Positions 43,408-53,000 of a stretch of 64,000 bases of DNA are shown one piece after another; within the stretch, counting starts at the first letter, position 1, and each line of letters begins with the position of its first letter. The position numbers were made by a program, and so were the translations under genes. Source of the DNA: Vicinamibacterales bacterium (lineage in GTDB: Bacteria; Acidobacteriota; Vicinamibacteria; Vicinamibacterales; UBA2999); contig JBFXBH010000003.1 of assembly GCA_050183355.1 (NCBI GenBank), positions 15,131 through 79,130 on the forward strand. Reading direction: 5' to 3'. The notes beneath the pieces were generated by a model. The model worked only from the letters and a program-made list of their open reading frames with translations. It did no database searches and was not told the origin of the DNA.

Positions 43408-45264
43408 CTAGCTCTTGCCCGCCGCGGGCCTGGCGTCGGGCAGGGCGTTCCACTCGGACATCGGCATGTCCCGGCCGGGGAACGCCACCTTCTTGAACGG
43501 CCACCGGGCCGCGATCCAGGCCCGCACGGCCTTCTCGAGCTTCGGCTCCAGACCGGCCGCGGCTCCCTGCTTCGTCACCCAGAGCCGCACGGTGGCGTCA
43601 TAGCCGGCCTTCGGACTCGGATTGATGTAGACGCACGCCTGCTCCTCCTGCCGGTCCGGCGTCAGCACGCCGTAGGCGAAGGCCGTGTGGTGCTGGAACT
43701 CCCAGCGGTGGCGCTTCAACTCGCCGTAGTCCTCGGCCAGCGTGCCGCCCGAGGCGTTGGCCGGGCGGCCGTCGCGGTCCAGCAGCGCCTGGTAGTCGGG
43801 CTTCAGGATCTCCGGCTCGAGGATGTTCCACACGTACCCGGCCAGCTGGGGCGGACCGGGGGCGACGAAGGTCTCCGGCGCGAAGCGCGCCGTGCCCGCG
43901 GCGAAATCCGGATGGGTCGTCGGCGAGGCGATGACCAGTTCGGGCGTGCACTTCGCACCGGCGCACACCGCATAGTGAATCCAGCGGGGCTCGCCGAAGG
44001 TCACCGTGGCCGCCAGCGCGTCGCCGGACCGGCCGAAGGACGTCTCCACCTTCTTCTTGTTCAGCCAGGCCTTGAGCACGAGACCGCCGGAGGCCTTCGC
44101 CGTCAGCGGCTTCGCGTGAATCGTGACCGGCTTGCCGGGAAACCACACCGGCACGTCCTCGACGAGCACGTCAGGGGTGCCGTCGGCGTCGAGGTCGAGC
44201 GGCAGCGCCGTGACGGTCCAGGTGAGAGGTTCGAGCGTCAGGATCTTGCTGGCCTGAAAGCGCCACACGTTCGACCAGCGGCCGTTGGACAGCCACACGG
44301 AGCCATGCAGGACGCGGATGGCGTCGCCGCCGGGGCCCCGGAACTGGTGCGTCACCTTGTTGGCGACCGGGTCGATCCGGCTGACCGGCACGTCGCGCGC
44401 GGTCACCCACACCGCGCCCTCGCCTGCCGCGATGTCACCGCCCGTGCCCGGCACGCCGACCTCGATCGTCGCGACCGTGCGCAGCGTGAACGGGTCGATC
44501 TTGCTGACCGTGCCGCGCTTCTGGTTCAGCGTCCAGACGAAACCCTCGCCGACCGCCATGAAACGCGGGTTCGCGTCGACGGGGATCTCCGCGATGATCC
44601 TGTTGCTGGCCGGGTGAATCACCGTGACCAGCGACTTGTCCGTGCTCGACACCCAGACCCGGCCGTAGCCGAACACCGCGGTGTAGGACCCCGGCGCGAT
44701 CCTGATGCGCGCCGAGACGCCGTTGGTGGCCGGCTCGATGCGCGAGATCTCACCGGCCGGGTCGCTCGGGAGCCACACGGACCCGGCGCCGAACGCGATG
44801 CCGCCTTCGTTGTTGGCCGGGGCGACCGGCACCTTGGCGACGACCTGGTTCGTGACGGTATCGATCCGGTAGAGCACCTTCTCCGAGCAACTGGGCGCCC
44901 AGAGCGTGCCGGCCGCGACGACCAGCCCCGAGCAGGGGGCGCCGACCGGCACCATGGCCACCGTCTCGCCGGTGTCCGGGTCCATGCGCGACACGAGGTT
45001 CTGGGCCCGGCTGTTGGTCCAGACCTGCCCCTCGCCCATCGCCAGCCAGTCCGGGCCGCCGACGATCGGGTACTCGGCGTCCGGCACGATGCGCGCCATC
45101 GGGTGCTGCACGCCTGGCACGCCGGGCTTCGGCGTGGGCGGCGGTGCGGCCGGCTGCGCGGCCGCCGGCGTGGCGGGAGCGGCCGGGGCCGTGGATGGCT
45201 GCTGGGCCACCACCGGCGCGATCGCCGCCAGGACCAGCGCGGGGAGAAGGGCTCGTGTGTGCAC
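43408..45264 (-). CDS. secreted beta-propeller fused to a middle domain and a C-terminal GNAT-like domain
   Basis: 618 aa. The N-terminal ~330 aa are paralogous to 39908..40939. The C-terminal ~170 aa (…HRWEFQHHTAFAYGVL.PD...ACVYINPSPKAGYDATVRLWV...WPFKKVAFPGR) resemble a GNAT-like family often annotated as acetyltransferase. Confidence 0.7.
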   Translation of the reverse strand: MHTRALLPALVLAAIAPVVAQQPSTAPAAPATPAAAQPAAPPPTPKPGVPGVQHPMARIVPDAEYPIVGGPDWLAMGEGQVWTNSRAQNLVSRMDPDTGETVAMVPVGAPCSGLVVAAGTLWAPSCSEKVLYRIDTVTNQVVAKVPVAPANNEGGIAFGAGSVWLPSDPAGEISRIEPATNGVSARIRIAPGSYTAVFGYGRVWVSSTDKSLVTVIHPASNRIIAEIPVDANPRFMAVGEGFVWTLNQKRGTVSKIDPFTLRTVATIEVGVPGTGGDIAAGEGAVWVTARDVPVSRIDPVANKVTHQFRGPGGDAIRVLHGSVWLSNGRWSNVWRFQASKILTLEPLTWTVTALPLDLDADGTPDVLVEDVPVWFPGKPVTIHAKPLTAKASGGLVLKAWLNKKKVETSFGRSGDALAATVTFGEPRWIHYAVCAGAKCTPELVIASPTTHPDFAAGTARFAPETFVAPGPPQLAGYVWNILEPEILKPDYQALLDRDGRPANASGGTLAEDYGELKRHRWEFQHHTAFAYGVLTPDRQEEQACVYINPSPKAGYDATVRLWVTKQGAAAGLEPKLEKAVRAWIAARWPFKKVAFPGRDMPMSEWNALPDARPAAGKS

Positions 45265-45277
45265 GTGGTCTCCTCCG

Positions 45278-46762
45278 CTACGCGATGATGTCGTGCACGA
45301 CCTCGCCGGCCGTGTCGGTCAGGCGGAAGTCACGGCTGCTGTAGTGGTACGTCAGCTTCGTGTGGTCGATGCCCAGCAGGTAGAGCATCGTGGCGTGCAG
45401 GTCGTGGATGTGGACCTTCTTGTCCACGGCCTTGAAGCCGAAGTCGTCGGTGGCGCCGTAGGACATGCCGCCCTTGATGCCGCCGCCCGCCAGCCAGATC
45501 GAGAAGCCGGTGACGTTGTGGTCGCGTCCGTTGACCACGCCCGCCACGTTCTCGTTGGCCGTCTGGATGGCCGGCGTCCGGCCGAACTCGGTCGCGCCCA
45601 CCACCAGGGTGTCCTCGAGCAGGCCGCGCCGCTTCAGGTCCTTGATCAGCGCCGCGTAGGCCTGGTCGGAGTCCTTCGCCAGCTTGACGTAGGTCATGAT
45701 GTCGTTGTGGGCGTCCCACGGGTCGCCCTTGCCGTAGTAGGTCTGGACCATGCGCACGCCCTTCTCGACCAGCCGCGCCGCCATCAGGCAGCCGAGCGCG
45801 GTGTTGCCCGGGCCGTACATCTCGAGCGTCTCCTTGCTCTCCTTGCTGACGTCGAACACGTTCGGCGCCTCGGTCTGCATCCGGTAGGCGGTCTCCATCG
45901 TCTTGATGGAGGCCTCGAGTTCCGAGTCGCGCTCGCCGAGCCGCTTCATCTCCATCTCGTTCATGTACTGGAGGAAGCCGATGTCCCGGAGCTGCGCCTC
46001 GTCCGAGGCGGACTTCAGGATGTTCGGAATCACCTTCTCGGCCTGGAACTTCTCGTCCTCGACGTACTTGTTGTGGACGAGCGTGCCCTGGTGGACGGCC
46101 GGCAGGAACGCCGAGCTCCAGAGCGGACTGCCAATCGTCAGCGGCTCGGTCGGCGTCAGCACGACGAAGCCCGGCAGGTTCTCGTTGAGCGACCCGAGCC
46201 CGTAGGAGATCCACGACCCCATCGACGGACGGCCGATGAAGTTGGACCCGGTGTTGAGCATCGTCAGCGTCGGCTCGTGGTTCGGGATGTCCGCCCACAT
46301 CGACTTGACGACGCAGATGTCGTCCGCCACCTCCCCGAGGTGCGGCCACAACTCGCTGAACTCCTGGCCGCTCTTGCCGTAGCGGTTGAACTTGAACGGC
46401 GACTTCATCAGGTTGCCGGTCTTCCGCTGCGTGAGCACCGGCCCGCCGGGGGTCGGCTGGCCGTGGTACTTGTCGAGCATCGGCTTGTGGTCGAACGTGT
46501 CGACGTGCGACACGCCGCCGTTCATCATCAGGAAGATGACGCGCTTGGCGCGCGGCTTGAAGTGCAGTTCCTTCAGCGCCGCGCCCTTGCCCAGGCTGCC
46601 CGCGCCGGAGATGCCCTTGCCCTTCGAGGCCTTGTCGGCGGCCTCGGCCGCCGCGATGGACGATCCGAGCAACTGCGAGAGCGCCACCATCCCGAAGCCA
46701 TTCCCCAGGCGGCCCAGCGCCTGGCGGCGCGTCAACGGACGAAACGTGTGATTGCAACCCAT
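45278..46762 (-). CDS. DUF1501-domain protein (sulfatase/alkaline-phosphatase superfamily), Tat-type signal
   Basis: 494 aa. N-terminal TRRQALGRLGNGFG; motifs GGVSHVDTFD.KP and the typical DUF1501 ...RDHN.... Confidence 0.85.
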   Translation of the reverse strand: MGCNHTFRPLTRRQALGRLGNGFGMVALSQLLGSSIAAAEAADKASKGKGISGAGSLGKGAALKELHFKPRAKRVIFLMMNGGVSHVDTFDHKPMLDKYHGQPTPGGPVLTQRKTGNLMKSPFKFNRYGKSGQEFSELWPHLGEVADDICVVKSMWADIPNHEPTLTMLNTGSNFIGRPSMGSWISYGLGSLNENLPGFVVLTPTEPLTIGSPLWSSAFLPAVHQGTLVHNKYVEDEKFQAEKVIPNILKSASDEAQLRDIGFLQYMNEMEMKRLGERDSELEASIKTMETAYRMQTEAPNVFDVSKESKETLEMYGPGNTALGCLMAARLVEKGVRMVQTYYGKGDPWDAHNDIMTYVKLAKDSDQAYAALIKDLKRRGLLEDTLVVGATEFGRTPAIQTANENVAGVVNGRDHNVTGFSIWLAGGGIKGGMSYGATDDFGFKAVDKKVHIHDLHATMLYLLGIDHTKLTYHYSSRDFRLTDTAGEVVHDIIA

Positions 46763-46775
46763 CGTGGTCTCCTCG

Positions 46776-49700
46776 TTACTCGATGAACAGGAACTCGTTG
46801 GAACTCACCAGCGCCCAGCAGAACGAGCGGAGCGGCGAATCCGGCAGCGGCTTCGGCGCGTCCTTGTCCGCCTTCCTGCCCGGCTCCGGCGCGGGAGCCG
46901 GCGGGAGCGCCTTCAGCGGCGACTTCTGGACGAACGCGGTCGCGAGGCTCAGCTCCTCGGCCGTCGGTACCCGCTGGAACACCACCTCGTAGGCCTTTCT
47001 GACCTGTGCTTCCGGGCTCTCCAGCGTCTTGATGGACTCGGCCAGCGCGTCCGACAGGTTCCGCACCATCGAGCTGTTCAGGAAGAACAGGCGCTGCTGC
47101 GGGACGTTGGTCGTGTAGCGCTTCTCCGTCGAGATCGTGGCGGCCGGCAGGTCGAACGTCGCGTGGAAGTCATGCGGATACATGCGGCTGACCTTCGCGT
47201 AGACGGCGCGCCGCTGCATCTTGTCGCTCAACTCCTCCGACGGCCCGCCCTGGGTCTTCATGTCGAGCTTGTCGGCGGCCTGGAGCAGCAGGTCCCACAC
47301 GCCCTCGGAGTCGATCCGCTGACGGTTGGCTCGCCAGAACAGGGTGTTGCTGGCGTCCTTCTGGATGTTCGCCGCCACCGGGGCGGTGCTCATCTGATAC
47401 GTGCGCGAGAGCAGGATGTCCTTGTGCAGCTTCTTGAAGGACATGCCGTCCTTCACGAACTTCGCCGCGAGGAAGTCGAGCAGTTCCGGATGCGTCGGCT
47501 TCTCGCCGGCCGTGCCGAAGTTGCTCGGCGAGTCGACGATGCCGCGCCCGAAGTGCCAGCGCCACACGCGGTTGACGATGACGCGCTGCGCGACCGGATG
47601 ACGGACGATCTCCTCGGCCAGTTCCAGACGGCCGCTGCCCTTCGTCAGGAGCCTGGGCTCGCCGCCATTCAGGATGGACGGGATCGCCCGCGGTGCAGGC
47701 TCCCCGAACGTGTAGGGATTGCCCCGGGTGAACACGCGCAGGTCCGAGGGATTCTCCGCTTCCGCGATGCCGTAGATGGCGGGCGGGCGCGGCATCATCT
47801 GCTTCTTGTAGTCGTCGGCATCGGCCTTCAGCTTCGTCAGGTGCATCCGGAGGTCGGCCGGCAGCCGGCGTTCGAGCGCGCCGTCGCTGAGCTTCAGCAG
47901 GCCGGGCTTGCCGCCCCGGCCGCCGAGACCCATCTCGTCGTCGGTCTCCGCGGTCGCCTCGGGCACGTCGCGCTCGAAGACGTCGCGCCACAGCAGCAGG
48001 TCCTCGCGGTCCAGGCTCTTGAGGTCGATCTGGTAGTTGTTCAGCCGGCGCTTCTTGCCGTTCGGCAGCGGGTCGAACGGTTCCTTCTCGTCCTTGATGG
48101 ACGCGAGCAGCGCCTCGTTGTCCTTCGCCAGCTTGGCGTGCTTCTCGTCGACCTCCTTCACCTTCGCGACGAACTCCTTCGCGAGGGTGCGGGCCTCGTC
48201 CTCGGATCCGCCCAGCGACACCATCTCCTGCCAGGTCTTGAGGGCGGGATAGTTGTCCGGCCGCTTCTTCAGGAACTTGACCCACCGGCCCAGGATCTCG
48301 GGGTCGGTCTTCGTGTCCTCGGCGATCGACTCGATGGAGGCCTTCCTGTCGCTGCCGAGCTTCCACGCGGCCACCATGTAGTCCTCGGCCTGCGAGAGCA
48401 GGACTTTCGCGTAGAGCGCGCCGGCCTCCTCCTGGAACTTCTTCAGCTCCTCCTGCTTCTTCTCGAGCACCTTCGACTGCTTCTCGTACTCGTCGGCCAC
48501 CGCCTTCGGCACCCGCGGGTAGGACTTGAAGTTCGAGCTGGCGAAGATGCTCGCCATGCCGTAGTAGTCGCGGGCGTAGATGGCGTCGTACTTGTGGTCG
48601 TGGCAGCGGGCGCACCCCACGGTCAGGCCGAGGAAGGCCTTGCTGGTCACGTCCACCTTGTCGTGCCATTCGTCGGCGCGCTCGATCGGGGCCGGGCTCG
48701 CCTGGAAGATCCAGATGCCGTTGCCGTTCATGCCGAGCGCCGGCAGGTGCGTGTCGCGCACCTTGTCGTCCATCAGGTCCGCGGCCAGCTGTGTCTTGAC
48801 GAACATGTCGTAGGTCATGTCGTCGTTGAACGCGCGGATGAGCCAGTCTCGATAGAGATACGCGAACGGATACTTCTCGGTGCGGTCGGGGCGGCCGCCC
48901 ACGTTGTAGTCGTCCTCGCCGTAGCGGACGACGTCCATCCAGTGGCGGGCCCACCGCTCCCCGTACTGCGGCGACGCCAGCAGCCGGTCCACGACCTTCT
49001 CCCAGGCATTGGGGCTCTTGTCGTGCTCGAACGCCTGCACGTCCGCCATCGCCGGCATCAGGCCGGTCAGGTCGTAGGTGACGCGCCGGATCAGGTCACG
49101 CCGGGTGGCGCCCGTCGTCGGCTTCATGCCCTCCTTCTCCAGGCGGGCCAGCACGAAGCGGTCGATGTCGTTGAGCGGCCACGCCGCGTCCTTCACGGCG
49201 GGAACCGGGTGGCTGGCCAGCGGCTGGACCGACCAGAGGTGCTTCTGCTCGAGGGAGTACTCCTTGCGGTTGACCGTGTCGGCCGGCCAGAAGGCACCGT
49301 CCTTGATCCACTGCACGAAGAAGGCGATCTGTTCGTCCGTCAGGCGGGTGCCGCCCTTCGGCATCCTGAGCGTGCCGCTGTGCCTGAGCGCGGCGATGAT
49401 GATGCTCTTGTCCGGGTCGCCCGGCACGACCGCGGGTCCGGTCTTGCCGCCCTTCAGCGCGTCCTCACGCGAGTCGAGCCGCAGCCCGCCGCTGACCTGG
49501 GCCGTGTGGCAGGCAAAGCACTGCTGCGCGAGCACCGGACGGATGTGCGTCTCGAAGTGTTCGCGCAGCACGGCTTCGGGCTTCCCGCCGGTGGATCCGT
49601 CCGGCCACAGGGCGCCGTCCTTCACCCAGGCGGTCAGCGCCGCGATCTTCTCGTCGGCCAGCCTGGCGCCACCGAGGGGCATCTTCACCCCTCCGGTGTG

Positions 49701-50003
49701 CGCCACGGCCGCGATCAGCAGGCTCTGTGCGGGGTCACCCGGCACGATGGCCGGGCCGGTCTTGCCGCCCTTGAGCAGGGCCTCCCGGGAGTCGAGCCGG
49801 AGACCGCCCGCGGCGGTCCCGTCGTGACAGCCGAGGCAGCTCTCCGACAGCACCGGACGGATGCTCTTCTCGAAGAACTCCGCCTGGGTCGGCGTGGGGG
49901 CCTGTTGCGCCAGGACCCCCACGCTCGTCAGCGCGATACCATGCGCCAGCAGCGCCAATGCTGCCAGCAGAACGACGCCCTTCTTCATCTTCGACTCCCC
50001 CAC
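46776..50003 (-). CDS. PSCyt (planctomycete cytochrome c) x3 + DUF1549 + DUF1553 (PSD1) protein
   Basis: 1075 aa. Three C..CH haem-like motifs (CLGCHDG, CFACHTA, then CARCHDHKYD in the DUF1549 region). The canonical partner of DUF1501. Confidence 0.85.
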   Translation of the reverse strand: MGESKMKKGVVLLAALALLAHGIALTSVGVLAQQAPTPTQAEFFEKSIRPVLSESCLGCHDGTAAGGLRLDSREALLKGGKTGPAIVPGDPAQSLLIAAVAHTGGVKMPLGGARLADEKIAALTAWVKDGALWPDGSTGGKPEAVLREHFETHIRPVLAQQCFACHTAQVSGGLRLDSREDALKGGKTGPAVVPGDPDKSIIIAALRHSGTLRMPKGGTRLTDEQIAFFVQWIKDGAFWPADTVNRKEYSLEQKHLWSVQPLASHPVPAVKDAAWPLNDIDRFVLARLEKEGMKPTTGATRRDLIRRVTYDLTGLMPAMADVQAFEHDKSPNAWEKVVDRLLASPQYGERWARHWMDVVRYGEDDYNVGGRPDRTEKYPFAYLYRDWLIRAFNDDMTYDMFVKTQLAADLMDDKVRDTHLPALGMNGNGIWIFQASPAPIERADEWHDKVDVTSKAFLGLTVGCARCHDHKYDAIYARDYYGMASIFASSNFKSYPRVPKAVADEYEKQSKVLEKKQEELKKFQEEAGALYAKVLLSQAEDYMVAAWKLGSDRKASIESIAEDTKTDPEILGRWVKFLKKRPDNYPALKTWQEMVSLGGSEDEARTLAKEFVAKVKEVDEKHAKLAKDNEALLASIKDEKEPFDPLPNGKKRRLNNYQIDLKSLDREDLLLWRDVFERDVPEATAETDDEMGLGGRGGKPGLLKLSDGALERRLPADLRMHLTKLKADADDYKKQMMPRPPAIYGIAEAENPSDLRVFTRGNPYTFGEPAPRAIPSILNGGEPRLLTKGSGRLELAEEIVRHPVAQRVIVNRVWRWHFGRGIVDSPSNFGTAGEKPTHPELLDFLAAKFVKDGMSFKKLHKDILLSRTYQMSTAPVAANIQKDASNTLFWRANRQRIDSEGVWDLLLQAADKLDMKTQGGPSEELSDKMQRRAVYAKVSRMYPHDFHATFDLPAATISTEKRYTTNVPQQRLFFLNSSMVRNLSDALAESIKTLESPEAQVRKAYEVVFQRVPTAEELSLATAFVQKSPLKALPPAPAPEPGRKADKDAPKPLPDSPLRSFCWALVSSNEFLFIE

Positions 50004-50013
50004 GGATTCGGAT

Positions 50014-53000
50014 TTAGAACTCGAAGCGAATCGCGAACTGCATCACCCGAGGCGCCGTCGTCTCCGTGAACTGGCCGAAGCTGTTCGGCGCGTTCGCGTC
50101 GAGATTCAGCCGCGTGAAGTTCACGTTGTTGAAGGCATTGAACGCCTCCGCCCGCACCTGGATCCGCGAGCCGCCACCCAGCGCGAAGGACTTCGTGAGC
50201 GCAATGTCGGTGTTGTAGAAGTCATCCAGCCGGACTGCCGCGCGGGTGCCGACTTCGCCGGGCAGCATCGGCTTCCAGTTCGCCGCCGCCGCGTTGGTCG
50301 TCGGAAAGATGGCCGGGTTGCCGCGGTCGTTGATCTGGACCTCCGCCTCGTACGGCCCCACCGGGTCGGCCAGGGTCGTGAAGGAGAAGTTCGTCGGCCA
50401 GAGGCCCGAGTAGGCCACCGCCGTCGGCAGCGCCGACCGGTAGCGGAAGATCGTCGAGAGTTGCCAGCCGCCCACCAGCCCGTCCACCAGGCCACCGGCG
50501 CCGCTCAGGAACCTGCGGCCGCGGCCGAACGGCAGTTCCACCATGACGTTGCTGTTCACGTTGTGGCGGACGTCGAAGTCGGAGTAGCCGTAGAAGGCAT
50601 CCCGATCGAACGGGTTCAGCATCAGGCCACCGGCATTGCCGCCACCCGACTCCGTGGAACCCCCGTTGTCGCGCGCGCGCGCCAGGGTGTAGTTGAAGTC
50701 GAACGACACACCCTTGCTGATGGGCTTGCGCACCGAGAGCGTCAGCCCGTTGAAGTCGCCGTAGCCCGCGTTGGTCCACATCGACATCCCCGAGCTCTGC
50801 GTCGGATACATCGTGAAGCAGCCGGTCCTGATGATGCAGTTCGGGAACTGCGCGGTCTGGATGCGGTCGATGGCGTGGATCGTGTCCGCGTCCGATCCCC
50901 CGAACTGGCCCCAGATCAGGTCGTAGTAGTTGGCCGTCGCGCTCCCGGGGAAGTAGAGATTCTTGAGTGCGGGCACCCAGTTCTCAATCCAGGGGATGTC
51001 CTGGATGAGGGCGGGGTTTGCCCGGACCTGCGCCGGGGTGACACCCGAATTCCACACGCCGCGGATCTGCTGCGCAGCCTGCTTCCACGTGGTGCCCGAC
51101 GCAGGGTCCAGCATGTTGATGGCCCACCCGCCGGCGTCGAGCTGCATCAGCTGGTCTCGCGACCAGCGGCCGACGTATCCCGCCTCGACGGTCAGGCCGC
51201 CCTTCATCTCACGCGCGATCGAGAAGTTGGCGTTGATGGAGTAGGGCGCGTGCAGCTTCGTATCGATGCCCATGTAGTTGCCGCCGATGAAGTTGACGGC
51301 CGGGGGCGTGAACGGGAAGGTGTGCGGCGGCGCGTCCGGGATGGCCGGCAGCGTGCCGTCGTAGCGGCGGCCCGTCGTGAAGTTCACCGACTGCCCGTCG
51401 AGCCTCACGATCTCCGACAGACCGAACGAGGCCGCATTGTCGAACTTCGTGACCAGGTCGCTGCCGAACCGGTCGTAGACCAGCCCCGCCCCACCGCGAA
51501 TCACGCCGTTCCTGCCGGTCAGGAAGCTCAGGAACCCGTCCTCGGGCCTGTAGGCGGCCGACACACGGGGCGCGAAGTTGTTGCGGTCCGGGCCATACCA
51601 GCTCTGCCGTCCGTTCGCAGGCCCGTTGAAGTCATACGAGAGCAGCGCGTTCTCCATCTGGTTCATCGGGATCCCCTTCGCCATGGCATCGATGCGCTGG
51701 GCGAAGAAGTCCTGCAGCGGGAACGTCGGCGCGACCTGGAGGCCGCTGGTCTCGTAGGGCACGCCGTAGTTCACATACCGCAGGCCGTAGGTCAGCGTCA
51801 GATTCGGCGTCGCGCGCCAGTTGTCCGCGAAGTAGAGCTCGTACTCGTTGGTCGCAAAGTTGCGGACGGCCGGCGTGCCGACCGGAATCGGGTTTCCGGC
51901 CTGGTCGTAGGTGTAGGTCATGCTGCCCGTCGTGATGACGCCGAGCAGATTGCCGAACGCCCGGCCCACGACCGCCGCGTCGGCGAGGCCCAGCGTGGGA
52001 ATGCCCGTCAGGTTCCGCAGGTAGCTGGTCGTGGCCCCGGTGATGTCCGAGGCCAGGCCGAGCAGTGAGCCACGGCCATAGGAGTAGCTGGGGAACGCGT
52101 TCGCGTAGTTCACACGCTCGTTGCGGATGAACCGCAGGTTGCCGCCCGTCGTGATCGAGTGCGACCCCTTCGTCCAGGTGAGGTCCTCGACGATGTTCCA
52201 CGTCGGGTTGTTGCGCTCGAAGGGACGGGTGAAGTTGGTCGGCACGTGGATCGTGTCGATGGTGAAGGACGGGTCCAGGCTGCCGGTCTGCTTCAGCCGG
52301 ATGTTGGTCAGGCCCACGTTGAGCGAATTGACCAGCTTGGCGGAGAGCACGCTCGTGTAGGCCGCCGACACGCCGTAGCTGTTGTCGAGCGCGACCGACG
52401 CCGCGTCCTGGCCCGGATACTGGGCCACGACGTTGTCCTTCTCCATGTCGGCGATCGTCGTCCGCACGGAGAGGTTGTGCTTGCTCATGCTGTCGAGCTT
52501 CACGTCCACTTTGCCCACGTAGGCACGGTTGTCGAGCGTGAAGGGCGCGTTGAAGCGATACCCGGCGAAGTTGAGGCCGCGGTCGAGGCCGGCCGCTTCG
52601 TCGTTCGCAGCGGGCAGGCCGCCGAGGAGCGCCAGCATCGCCGGGCTGGATCCCAGTCCGAGCGGGTCGATGGCCCTGATGGCGTCGGGGCCAAGCGCGT
52701 AGGTCTGCCCGTTGTTCGCACGGACCATGAGCGTGCCGGACCTGAGCGCCGCGGACGGGACGTTGCGCAGCACACTCTGCCCGCTGTTGTCCGTCCGGCG
52801 CTCGACGTTGCCGAAGAAGAACACGCGGTTCTTCACAATCGGGCCGCCGATGGACGCGCCGTACTGGTTTCGCTTCAGCTGCTCCTTCGGCAGGCTGGCG
52901 CGCTCGTTGAAGTAGCTGTTCGCCGCGAACTTCGAGTCGCGGTTGTACTCGTAGGCGGATCCGTGCAGCGTGTTGGTGCCGCTCTTCGTGATGAGCGTGA

